From an uncultured Gammaproteobacteria bacterium (GTDB lineage: Bacteria > Patescibacteriota > Patescibacteriia > Patescibacteriales > UBA12465), in the NCBI GenBank assembly GCA_964435515.1, contig CAYSZD010000005.1, forward strand, positions 8,813 to 72,812: a stretch of DNA of 64,000 nucleotides. The letters run 5' to 3'. The stretch's first letter is position 1, and each line of letters begins with the position of its first letter. Positions 1 through 9,244 of this stretch are shown here, in pieces. Below the pieces are notes generated by a model that worked only from the letters and a program-made list of their open reading frames with translations, was not told the origin of the DNA and ran no database searches. Position numbers and translations under genes: made by a program.

Positions 1-1
1 T

Positions 2-1255
2 GAGGAGTTTTTTATTAAAAAGAGAAGCGGAGAGGTGCTTCCTTTTGATGCGAGTAAGATAAGCGACGCGGTCTATAAGGCAATGATGGCAGTAGGGCGG
101 GGTGAGAAAAAAGATGCTGAGAAGATTGCTCAGTTGGTGAGTGACAAAATAGATCGCTCTAAAGATTTGAGTGTGGAGCAGGTTCAAGATTTAGTGGAGA
201 TTGAACTGATGCATAGTAATTTTTCAGAAGTAGCGAAAGCCTATATCGTTTATCGCGAAAAGAGAGCAGCTATGCGCAAAAGAGATTTATTTAAAAAGAG
301 AACTAATTTAAAGCCCTATGAATATCCGGAGCTCTATGAGTATGTGAGTGCTATTAGGCATTCATACTGGATTCATACTGAGTTTAATTATGTTAGTGAT
401 GTTCAAGACTTTAAAACTAAAGTTAATGATGTTGAAAGACAGGCAATTCAAAATTCAATGTTAGCGATTGCTCAGATTGAAGTAGCAGTGAAAGCTTTTT
501 GGGGAGATATCTATAAAAAGATGCCTAAGCCAGAGCTAGCAGCCGTTGGTTTTACTTTTGCCGAGAGTGAAGTCAGGCATATGGATGCCTATTCTCATCT
601 TTTAGAAATTATGGACTTAAATGAAGAGTTTTCTAAAATTGAAGAAATTCCAGTATTAATTGAAAGAGTGAAGTATTTAGAAGGATCAATTAGCACTTCT
701 AAGAGTGAGGATAATAAAGAATATGTTTTGGCCATACTTTTGTTCTCATTGTTTATTGAACACGTGTCTTTGTTTTCTCAGTTTTTAGTGATTATGTCTT
801 TTAATAAACATCGTAATTTATTTAAAGGTATTTCTAATGCGGTTGAAGCCACTTCTAAAGAAGAACAAATTCATGGACTTTTTGGCATTGAACTAATTAA
901 TTTGATTAAAAGCGAACATCCAGAATGGTTTGATGATAGTTTTAAAGAAAAAATAATTAGTGCTTGTCAGCTAGCTTATTCTTCTGAGGCAAAAGTATTG
1001 GATTGGATTTTAGAGAAAGGAGAATTAGAGTTTTTGCCCAAACAAGTAATTTTAGAGTTTATTAAAAATCGGCTCAACAATTCTTTAGATAGTATTGGTT
1101 TGGCTAGAATATTTGAGGTTGATGAAAAGCTAGTTGAACAAACTGAATGGTTTGATGAAGAAATTGTGGGCACAAAACATGGAGATTTCTTTGTGAAGCG
1201 CTCCATTAATTATAATAAGCGTAGTCAGAGTATTACTGGTGATGATTTGTTCTAG
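2..1255 (+). CDS. nrdB: Ribonucleotide reductase small subunit with N-terminal ATP cone (5'-truncated by window edge)
   Basis: Frame is open from position 2 (EEFFIKKRSGEVLPFD, the ATP-cone start). Ferritin-like ligand motifs QIEVAVK, ESEVRH, FIEHVSLF and KEEQIH are present. Confidence 0.93.
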   Translation, partial: EEFFIKKRSGEVLPFDASKISDAVYKAMMAVGRGEKKDAEKIAQLVSDKIDRSKDLSVEQVQDLVEIELMHSNFSEVAKAYIVYREKRAAMRKRDLFKKRTNLKPYEYPELYEYVSAIRHSYWIHTEFNYVSDVQDFKTKVNDVERQAIQNSMLAIAQIEVAVKAFWGDIYKKMPKPELAAVGFTFAESEVRHMDAYSHLLEIMDLNEEFSKIEEIPVLIERVKYLEGSISTSKSEDNKEYVLAILLFSLFIEHVSLFSQFLVIMSFNKHRNLFKGISNAVEATSKEEQIHGLFGIELINLIKSEHPEWFDDSFKEKIISACQLAYSSEAKVLDWILEKGELEFLPKQVILEFIKNRLNNSLDSIGLARIFEVDEKLVEQTEWFDEEIVGTKHGDFFVKRSINYNKRSQSITGDDLF

Positions 1256-1302
1256 TAATATTATATTTGTTATTATTTTGTTATTAATTTTTTAAATAAT
1301 TT

Positions 1303-2982
1303 ATGTATTGGTTAAATGATAATTCTCGCTCTTTTTTAGCGAAAGGTTACTTGGCTGCTGGTATAAGTGCCGAGGATAGAATAAAAGAAATTGCTCAAAC
1401 AGCGGAAAGGATATTAGCTAAACCTGGTTTTGCTGATAAGTTCTATGAATATATGTCTCGGGGCTATTATTCACTAGCATCTCCTGTGTGGTCTAATTTT
1501 GGTATCTCTAAAGGCCTACCCATTAGTTGTTTTTCTTCTTATTTGGGTGATGATATGGGGCAAATTTTATTTACTCAAGGAGAAGTAGGAATGATGAGTA
1601 AGTATGGGGGTGGCACAGCTGGGTATTTTGGTGACTTACGAGCTAGAGGGGCAATGATTAAAGATAATGGCACATCTTCAGGGGCAGTTCATTTTATGCA
1701 ACTTTTTGAAACTTTAGTTAATGTTGTTAGTCAGGGCTCGGTGAGACGTGGTCATTTTGCTCCCTATCTACCGCTAGAGCATCCTGATGCTGATGAATTT
1801 CTAAATATTGGAACCGAAGGCAATCCTATTCAAGAGATGACCTATGGTGTGACCGTGACTGATGATTTTATGAAAGAGATGGAGGCTGGTGACGCTAAAA
1901 AAAGAGCTTTGTGGGCCAAAGTATTACAGCGTCGTAGTCAAATGGGTTATCCTTATATCTTCTTTACGGACACAGTGAATAATAATACGGTTGATGTTTA
2001 TAAAGATAAGAATTTGAAAATTAAGGCTAGCAATCTTTGTTCGGAAATATTATTACCCTCTAATGATAAGTGGTCCTTTGTTTGCGATCTGTCTTCTTTA
2101 AATCTTTTTCATTATGATGAATGGAAAGATACAGACGCAGTTGAGACTCTGGTATATTTTCTAGATGCAGTGATGTCTGATTTTATTAGTCGCTTAGAAA
2201 CAATGAGAGATAGTGATGATAAAAACAAGCAAGAAGCTTTTCATTTTATGGAAAGAGCCTATAACTTCGCTGTGGCTAATCGAGCCCTTGGTTTAGGGGT
2301 TCTAGGTTGGCACTCTTTGCTACAGAGTAAGATGATGCCTTTTGATAGCAAGGAAAGCGCTAGACTTAACACTCAAATATTTAAAGATATTCAAGAGCAA
2401 GCCTATGCTGCTTCTAAAAAAATGGCTGGTGAATATGGTGAGCCAGAAATTATGAAAGGCTATGGTCGTCGCAATGCAACGCTTATGGCTGTTGCTCCAA
2501 CCACCTCCTCTGCTTTTATCCTGGGTCAAGTCTCTCAAAGCATTGAACCAATTTGGTCTAACTGTTATGTGAAAGATATTGATAAGATGAAGGTGACTAT
2601 TAAAAATAAACAATTAGAGAAACTATTAATAGAGAAGGGTAAAAATGATAAGGAAGTTTGGTATAGTATTAGAGATAATGATGGTTCAGTTCAGCATTTA
2701 GAGTTTTTATCTCAGTCAGAAAAAGAAGTATTTAAAACTTTTCAAGAAATTGCTCAAAAAGCCATTATTGAACAAGCAGCTGCTCGTCAACAATATATTG
2801 ATCAAGGTCAGTCACTAAACTTAGCTATTAATCCATCTGTGCCGGCTAAAGAGATAAATGCTCTTTATATGTATGCTTGGAAGCTGGGTATCAAGACTCT
2901 GTATTATCAACATAGTATCAATGCTGCTCAAGAATTTGGTCGCTTGAAAGATTTGCAGAACTGTCAGTCTTGTCAGTCATAG
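1303..2982 (+). CDS. nrdA: Class I ribonucleotide reductase large subunit, short form without ATP cone
   Basis: Motifs PISCF, SNLCSEI, APTTSS, KTLYY and C-terminal CQSC; adjacent to nrdB. Confidence 0.95.
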   Translation: MYWLNDNSRSFLAKGYLAAGISAEDRIKEIAQTAERILAKPGFADKFYEYMSRGYYSLASPVWSNFGISKGLPISCFSSYLGDDMGQILFTQGEVGMMSKYGGGTAGYFGDLRARGAMIKDNGTSSGAVHFMQLFETLVNVVSQGSVRRGHFAPYLPLEHPDADEFLNIGTEGNPIQEMTYGVTVTDDFMKEMEAGDAKKRALWAKVLQRRSQMGYPYIFFTDTVNNNTVDVYKDKNLKIKASNLCSEILLPSNDKWSFVCDLSSLNLFHYDEWKDTDAVETLVYFLDAVMSDFISRLETMRDSDDKNKQEAFHFMERAYNFAVANRALGLGVLGWHSLLQSKMMPFDSKESARLNTQIFKDIQEQAYAASKKMAGEYGEPEIMKGYGRRNATLMAVAPTTSSAFILGQVSQSIEPIWSNCYVKDIDKMKVTIKNKQLEKLLIEKGKNDKEVWYSIRDNDGSVQHLEFLSQSEKEVFKTFQEIAQKAIIEQAAARQQYIDQGQSLNLAINPSVPAKEINALYMYAWKLGIKTLYYQHSINAAQEFGRLKDLQNCQSCQS

Positions 2983-2989
2983 ATACATT

Positions 2990-3018
2990 ACTCACTCTTT
3001 AAACAAGAGTGAGTTTTT
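2990..3018 (+). terminator. Intrinsic terminator after nrdA
   Basis: ACTCACTCTT/AAGAGTGAGT inverted repeat followed by a T run. Confidence 0.8.
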
Positions 3019-3129
3019 GAATAAAGACATAATATAGATAATAAGTCAATATTTATTTAATCTCTAAAGCATACTATACTGGAATTAACGCTTTTGGCGT
3101 ATTTTAGTATTGATTATAATGATAATATT

Positions 3130-5871
3130 ATGAATATTTTAGACAAATTGATGGGAGATCCTAATGAGAAAATTCTTAAAGAAATTAGACAGACAGTGGC
3201 AGCAATTAATTCTTTAGAGCCACAGATGCAAGCCTTAGAATTAGCTCAAATTAAAGAAAAAACAATCGAATTTAAAGCTCGACTTAATGAAGGCATAAGT
3301 TTAGATGATATTCTACCTGAAGCCTTCGCTTTAATGAGAGAGGCGGCGCAGAGAGTTTTAGGACAAAGACACTATGATGTTCAATTAATTGGTGGCATTG
3401 TTTTACATCGAGGACAAATTGCTGAAATGAAAACTGGTGAAGGTAAAACCTTAGTGGCTACCTTGCCTTTATATTTAAATGCTTTAAGTGGCAAAGGCGT
3501 TCATTTAATTACGGTGAATGATTATTTGGCTAGAGTTGGTGCTGGTTGGATGGCTCCTATTTTTCATCTTTTAGGTTTAAGCACTAGCGTAATTGTTCAT
3601 GACGCTGCTTTTCAGTATGATCCAGATTATAGTGATGAAAATCAATACGATGAAAGATTAAGACATTTTCGTCCCATCTCTCGTCGTGAAGCCTATTACT
3701 GTGATGTAACATATGGCACTAATAATGAATTTGGTTTTGATTATTTGCGCGATAATATGGCTTATAGTTTAGCGCAAACAGTGCAACGTGATTTACACTA
3801 TGCCATTGTTGATGAAATTGACTCTATTTTAATTGATGAAGCTCGTACCCCTCTTATTATCAGTGCCCCAGCTGAAGAATCTACTGATAAATATGTGAAA
3901 TTTTCTCAATTAGTTAATCGTTTAAATGAAAATGAAGACTATAATATTGATGAAAAGATGAGAGCGGCTACTTTGACAGAAGCAGGGATTAATAAAATTG
4001 AAGAATGGTTGGGAGTTGGTAATATTTATGTTTCTGGTGGAGTAAAAGATGTTCATCATTTAGAACAAGCTTTAAAGGCTAGAGTTTTGTTTAAGCGCGA
4101 TAAAGATTATGTTGTTAAAGATGATGAGATTATTATCGTTGATGAATTTACCGGACGCATGATGCCTGGTCGTCGTTACAGCGAAGGACTCCATCAGGCT
4201 ATAGAAGCTAAGGAAGGAGTGAAAGTGCAAAAAGAATCACAAACAATGGCTACTATTACGTTTCAGAATCTCTTTAGAATGTATGACAAATTATCTGGTA
4301 TGACCGGAACAGCTCTGACTGAAGCTGAGGAGTTCTTTAAGATATATAAATTAGAAACCGTTGTTATTCCTACCAATAAGCCTAATATAAGAAAAGATTT
4401 AAATGATTTAATTTATCGCACCGAAGAAGATAAATACAATGCAGTGATAAGGGATATTAAAGAGAGAAATGCTTTAGGGCAACCAATTCTAGTTGGTACT
4501 ATTTCTATTGAAAAGAACGAACTCTTGGTAAATATGATGGAGCGTGAGGGACTAAGACCACAGATGTTAAATGCTAAGAATCATCAAAAGGAAGCAGAAA
4601 TTATTTCTCAAGCTGGTCGGGCTGGATCTATTACTTTAGCTACTAACATGGCTGGACGTGGTGTTGATATTATTTTAGGTGGTAATCCTGATTCAGATAA
4701 TGAAGAAGCAATGAAAGAGGCCAAAGAAGAACAAGCTAAAGTAAGAGCTTTGGGAGGACTTCATGTAATTGGTACTGAGCGTCACGAGTCTAGGCGTATT
4801 GATAATCAGCTTCGTGGTCGTGCTGGTCGTCAGGGCGATCCAGGTTCATCACAATTCTATGTCTCTACTGATGATGATTTAATGCGTATTTTTGGTGGTG
4901 ATAGAATGAAAACAATGATGAATACTCTAAAGCTACCAGCTGATGTGCCAATTCAGAATAAAATGATTTCTAAGTCTTTAGAGTCAGCTCAGAAGAAGGT
5001 GGAGGGCAATAATTTTGACATGAGAAAACACTTAGTTGAATATGATGACGTAATTAATAAACATAGAGAATCTATCTATCGCAAACGTCGAGAAATATTG
5101 GAAGCGTCTGAGGCAGAGAATAAGGAAGGGGAGTTAAGCGCTTTAGAGCAGTTAAATCTCTTAATCAAGAAGCAGACAGAAGAAGAAATTGAAAAAGTGG
5201 TGAATTTTCATACTAGCGCCGAAAAGACTAGTGAATGGAATTTAAAAGAAATTGCAGAAACAATTAATTCAATGATTAGCTTATCTAATCAAGAAGAAGA
5301 ATTAAAGAAACTCTTAGTTAGCAGTCTAAGTGATAGTCGTGAGGCTATTATCAAATATCTTCAAACAAAAGCAGAGGAAATATATCAGTCTCTTGTTAGT
5401 CGTTTTGTAAGCCTGGGGGTAGATTTTGTTGAAGTGGCCAAAGGAATGTTGCTTAGATCAATCGACCAGATGTGGGTGGACCATTTAGAGACTATGGATT
5501 ATATGCGTCGAGGCATTGGTTTGCGTGGCTATGGTCAACGCGATCCATTGGTTGAGTATAAAAAAGAAGCCTATCGCATGTATCATGAACTTTTAGATTT
5601 AGTGCGTCAACAATTAGTATATTCTATCTATCGTGTTGGTGATGCTTTAAATATGGCGCCATCAGCTTTAATGAATTTAGCCAAGAGTGAGCAACCTAAG
5701 AATCTAAAACTTGAAGGAGCACCTAAGGAAATGGAAAAACTAAGTTCTAAAAGAGATAATTTTGATTTAGTTAGAGAAAGAATTAAAGATGAGTCGGGAA
5801 AAACAGTAGGTAGAAATGATCCTTGTCCTTGTGGGAGCGGTAAGAAGTTTAAGAAGTGTTGTGGTAAATAA
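3130..5871 (+). CDS. secA: Preprotein translocase subunit SecA
   Basis: MKTGEGKT, DEIDSILIDEARTPLIIS and C-terminal SEC-C motif GRNDPCPCGSGKKFKKC. ATG 3130 is preferred over TTG 3094. Confidence 0.98.
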   Translation: MNILDKLMGDPNEKILKEIRQTVAAINSLEPQMQALELAQIKEKTIEFKARLNEGISLDDILPEAFALMREAAQRVLGQRHYDVQLIGGIVLHRGQIAEMKTGEGKTLVATLPLYLNALSGKGVHLITVNDYLARVGAGWMAPIFHLLGLSTSVIVHDAAFQYDPDYSDENQYDERLRHFRPISRREAYYCDVTYGTNNEFGFDYLRDNMAYSLAQTVQRDLHYAIVDEIDSILIDEARTPLIISAPAEESTDKYVKFSQLVNRLNENEDYNIDEKMRAATLTEAGINKIEEWLGVGNIYVSGGVKDVHHLEQALKARVLFKRDKDYVVKDDEIIIVDEFTGRMMPGRRYSEGLHQAIEAKEGVKVQKESQTMATITFQNLFRMYDKLSGMTGTALTEAEEFFKIYKLETVVIPTNKPNIRKDLNDLIYRTEEDKYNAVIRDIKERNALGQPILVGTISIEKNELLVNMMEREGLRPQMLNAKNHQKEAEIISQAGRAGSITLATNMAGRGVDIILGGNPDSDNEEAMKEAKEEQAKVRALGGLHVIGTERHESRRIDNQLRGRAGRQGDPGSSQFYVSTDDDLMRIFGGDRMKTMMNTLKLPADVPIQNKMISKSLESAQKKVEGNNFDMRKHLVEYDDVINKHRESIYRKRREILEASEAENKEGELSALEQLNLLIKKQTEEEIEKVVNFHTSAEKTSEWNLKEIAETINSMISLSNQEEELKKLLVSSLSDSREAIIKYLQTKAEEIYQSLVSRFVSLGVDFVEVAKGMLLRSIDQMWVDHLETMDYMRRGIGLRGYGQRDPLVEYKKEAYRMYHELLDLVRQQLVYSIYRVGDALNMAPSALMNLAKSEQPKNLKLEGAPKEMEKLSSKRDNFDLVRERIKDESGKTVGRNDPCPCGSGKKFKKCCGK

Positions 5872-5874
5872 TTT

Positions 5875-6513
5875 ATGAAGATAATATTAGCTTCAAAGGA
5901 AAAATTTTTATTAACTAAAGGCTATGACTTGCTTGGTATTGATAGAAAAGATTTAAAAATAGGAATTATTGATACGGCTTTTAAAGTTGTTGAGGATCAA
6001 GAGTATATTAGCTATATAGACGAATATTATGAATTGATGAAAGTTTCTGGAATCAATTTTAAGTACTTTGATATTAAAGATAAGAGAGAGGAAGATATAA
6101 TTAATTTTTTTACTGATCGTAATGTTATTCAGATTGTCGGTGGCAATGCTTTTTATTTATTAAAAACTATAAGAGAAGTAAAATTTGATTTAATTCTAAA
6201 AAAACTTTTTGAACAGGGATTAAATTATATTGGCTGTAGCTCTGGTTCATATATCATGTGCCCAACAATTGAAGTTGCTTCTTGGAAGGCTAATCGCGAT
6301 AGATATGCTTTGACCGATTTTTCCGCCTTAAATTACTGCCCCTTTTTAATAAAATGTCACTTCAGTGATGATAAGAAAGAGGAAATGATAAAAAGAGCCA
6401 AGACTTTACAGTATCCTTTAAAGCCTTTAAAAGATGATCAATGTTTTTTATTGGAAAATGGTAAAATAAGTTTTATTGGTGATAGTGAAGAAATTATTTT
6501 ATCAAAATTTTAA
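5875..6513 (+). CDS. Peptidase S51 (peptidase E-like, class I glutamine amidotransferase fold)
   Basis: VGGNAFYLL, GCSSG nucleophile elbow and a downstream His (KCHF). Confidence 0.75.
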   Translation: MKIILASKEKFLLTKGYDLLGIDRKDLKIGIIDTAFKVVEDQEYISYIDEYYELMKVSGINFKYFDIKDKREEDIINFFTDRNVIQIVGGNAFYLLKTIREVKFDLILKKLFEQGLNYIGCSSGSYIMCPTIEVASWKANRDRYALTDFSALNYCPFLIKCHFSDDKKEEMIKRAKTLQYPLKPLKDDQCFLLENGKISFIGDSEEIILSKF

Positions 6514-6571
6514 CTTTTCTTCATGATGTTTTTGTTATAATGATTAGTATAATTTATTAATCATTAAAACT

Positions 6572-7399
6572 ATGAAAAAAAACCACGACAATACAATTAG
6601 CTTGTTTCAAGGTAAAGCCATTAGAAAGACGATCCATCAAAAAGAATGGTGGTTTTCAATCGTTGATATTTGTCAAGTTTTAAGCGAAAGTCCAACTCCT
6701 CGTCAATATTGGGAAAAAGTGAAAACAAGAGAATTTCCTGAATTTCAACTGTCCCCAAATTGGGGACAGTTGAAAATGATAGCTGAGGATGGAAAAATGA
6801 GAGAAACAGATTGCGCTAATACTGAAGGAATATTACGCATTATTCAATCGATACCATCACCGAAGGCCGAACCTTTTAAAAGATGGTTGGCTAGAGTTGG
6901 TTATGAAAGAATTCAAGAAATTGATGATCCAGAATTAGCAACTAAGAGGACTAGATTATTGTATAAATTAAAAGATTATCCAGAAGATTGGATTGAAAAA
7001 AGGATGAGAAGTATTGCGATTAGAGAGGATTTAACTGATGAATGGCAAAAACGAGGAGCGCAGAAAGATAAAGACTATGAAATACTGACAGCGGAAATAT
7101 CGCAAGCGGCCTTTGGTTTAAAACCCGGAGAGTATAAGAAGGTGAAAAAATTAAAAGCTGAAAATTTACGAGATCACATGGATGATTTTGAGTTAATTCT
7201 AACCATGCTTAGTGAAAGAACAACAGCCGAAATTCATCGTAGCGATGATTCTAAAGGCATGATAAAATTAAAAAATGATGCTAGAGTCGGTGGTTCTATT
7301 GCTGGTTCTGCTAGAAAACAAATAGAAAGAAAGATCGGTCGTTCAATTGTGTCTGATAGTAATTTTTTGAATAATAATAAGAAAAAGTTAATAAAATAA
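6572..7399 (+). CDS. Bro-N domain DNA-binding protein (phage antirepressor-like)
   Basis: EWWFSIVDI, RETDCAN...RIIQSIPSPKAEPFKRWLA and ENLRDHM, typical of Bro-N proteins. Confidence 0.85.
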   Translation: MKKNHDNTISLFQGKAIRKTIHQKEWWFSIVDICQVLSESPTPRQYWEKVKTREFPEFQLSPNWGQLKMIAEDGKMRETDCANTEGILRIIQSIPSPKAEPFKRWLARVGYERIQEIDDPELATKRTRLLYKLKDYPEDWIEKRMRSIAIREDLTDEWQKRGAQKDKDYEILTAEISQAAFGLKPGEYKKVKKLKAENLRDHMDDFELILTMLSERTTAEIHRSDDSKGMIKLKNDARVGGSIAGSARKQIERKIGRSIVSDSNFLNNNKKKLIK

Positions 7400-7402
7400 A
7401 AT

Positions 7403-8485
7403 ATGTCACTAGAATCTTTATCACTCAATAAAAGCAAGGAAGAGAAACTACTTTTCTTACAAGAAAAGTTAGGTCTTTGTGGTTTAAGTGAAAAGGTTTT
7501 GGCGGACTATAAAGATCTAATCTCTAAAGTAGATTTTAAAAATATTGATTTAAGTTCTGAAGCAGGCACAATTCACGTGGATATGTTATCAGCTTTGTTG
7601 ACCGAACAAAAAAATGGAGAAATATTTTTTCAAAATATTTTAGATGTTATTAATAAAGATTTAGAATCAGTTGATAATGTGATGATTATATCTGCTAAGG
7701 AGATTAAGGCTGAAAGTATTGATTTAGACATAGGTACCAATCGTCGCGTTGATAGATTTAACTGTTCTTTTGCTGGTGGCGATAGTTATGAATTTACCTT
7801 ATCAGCTGATTTAGAAAATTATCCAGATGATGCTGATAGTAATTCTTTTATAGAAAAAGAAGTTTTTGCTGATTCAATAGGGAAAGATAATCAATGGCTG
7901 CAAAAATATTTTGCTTACATTAAAAAAGATAGCAGAAAAGGACAACAACGCTTCATTGCAAAAGAATATTTACCAGGAAAAAATATCGCTCAATATTTTA
8001 ATGAAATGGATAAGAAGCGGGAAAATATTTCTGAGTTTATTAACGTAGCCTGTGAGACGGCTTTTGCTATGGGTGGTTTATATAAAAAAATGAATGGTCA
8101 GTTATTAGGTGATTTAAAGTTAGAGAACCTTATCTATAATTATGAAAATCCAGATAGTGCTAGTCCGGCTTGTCGTATTTGTGATCATTCTGGCTATCAT
8201 GATAATGAGGCAGATAAGCGCAGCGCTTTGCAGATATTGGCTCACATAAATAGTTTTATGACCATTTATTATTCTAAGGCGACTAAAAGCGATTCTGAAG
8301 AATTACGCGATGAAGCTGTCTCTATAGTTGATGCATATTTAGATTCTTTTATCGGAGAGATAGGAGAAGATTTGAGAGATAAATTTTTAGAGAATGTAAG
8401 TGAATTAAGAAAAATACCTATAGATAAGCGACAATGGGAATTATCTGATGATATTATTGATTATGTTTTAAATTATGATTTTTAA
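7403..8485 (+). CDS. Hypothetical protein with protein-kinase-like C-lobe motifs
   Basis: KEYLPG (hinge-like), GDLKLENLI (catalytic loop-like) and ICDHSG (DFG-like). Confidence 0.55.
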   Translation: MSLESLSLNKSKEEKLLFLQEKLGLCGLSEKVLADYKDLISKVDFKNIDLSSEAGTIHVDMLSALLTEQKNGEIFFQNILDVINKDLESVDNVMIISAKEIKAESIDLDIGTNRRVDRFNCSFAGGDSYEFTLSADLENYPDDADSNSFIEKEVFADSIGKDNQWLQKYFAYIKKDSRKGQQRFIAKEYLPGKNIAQYFNEMDKKRENISEFINVACETAFAMGGLYKKMNGQLLGDLKLENLIYNYENPDSASPACRICDHSGYHDNEADKRSALQILAHINSFMTIYYSKATKSDSEELRDEAVSIVDAYLDSFIGEIGEDLRDKFLENVSELRKIPIDKRQWELSDDIIDYVLNYDF

Positions 8486-8497
8486 TATTTTATATTT

Positions 8498-9232
8498 ATG
8501 TCCGAAAAACAACTTAATTTTATAAATATTTTTGATGAAGCGGATAAAGAATATCAAGTAGAGTTAGCAGCGAAAAAGAAAAAAGAAGAAGAGGATAAAG
8601 TTGATTTAGTGTCACCAGAGCTCAGAAAATATTGGCAAGCTATTGAAAAGGATAAAAAACTAATTGCACAAAGACAGGCGATTATTAGGTCTGACGATGA
8701 AGTGCCTTTGACGGAATTTTCCCCTTTTATGTTAGAGATTAATTGGTATATTAAAAGAATGGCTGCTTTTTATGAGGCTAGAGATAAGGCGGAAAAGGGA
8801 GAGGCGTGGAAGAGAGCCTATCGCTTAGTTGTTGATCCTCAGGTGGCTGATACAAAATATATTGATACAGCTTATTTGTATTTAAAATATAAAGCAGCTT
8901 ATGACAAAGAAGAGATACGTCGCAGCAAAGAAGCGTATCAACTAAAATTAGCAGAAGACAAGAAAATAGCAGCTGAACTTAAGAAAGCTGAGAAAGCAAA
9001 AAAAGCTAAAGAGTATCGGCAGAGAAAAAAAGATGATAAAAAGAGTCAAGAAGCAGCAGAGGCTAAAGCTAAGGCAGATTCTGAAGCAGCTATTCGCTAT
9101 AAAGCAACTGGAGCTAATAGGGCTACTGGCGAATATTTAGAAGATAAAAATGATGAACTGAGACTTGATCCTCGCCAATTTGATAATAATAGAGATAAAG
9201 ATAATGAGATTAAAGATGATGATAAAGATTAA
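8498..9232 (+). CDS. Hypothetical highly charged (K/E/D/A-rich) coiled-coil protein
   Basis: 244-aa ORF tightly packed between neighbours; no recognised motif. Confidence 0.6.
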   Translation: MSEKQLNFINIFDEADKEYQVELAAKKKKEEEDKVDLVSPELRKYWQAIEKDKKLIAQRQAIIRSDDEVPLTEFSPFMLEINWYIKRMAAFYEARDKAEKGEAWKRAYRLVVDPQVADTKYIDTAYLYLKYKAAYDKEEIRRSKEAYQLKLAEDKKIAAELKKAEKAKKAKEYRQRKKDDKKSQEAAEAKAKADSEAAIRYKATGANRATGEYLEDKNDELRLDPRQFDNNRDKDNEIKDDDKD

Positions 9233-9244
9233 ATTATTTAAAAT

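Noticed and set aside
6572-7399. Prophage around the Bro-N gene
   Set aside because: No integrase, terminase, structural genes or att repeats are nearby.
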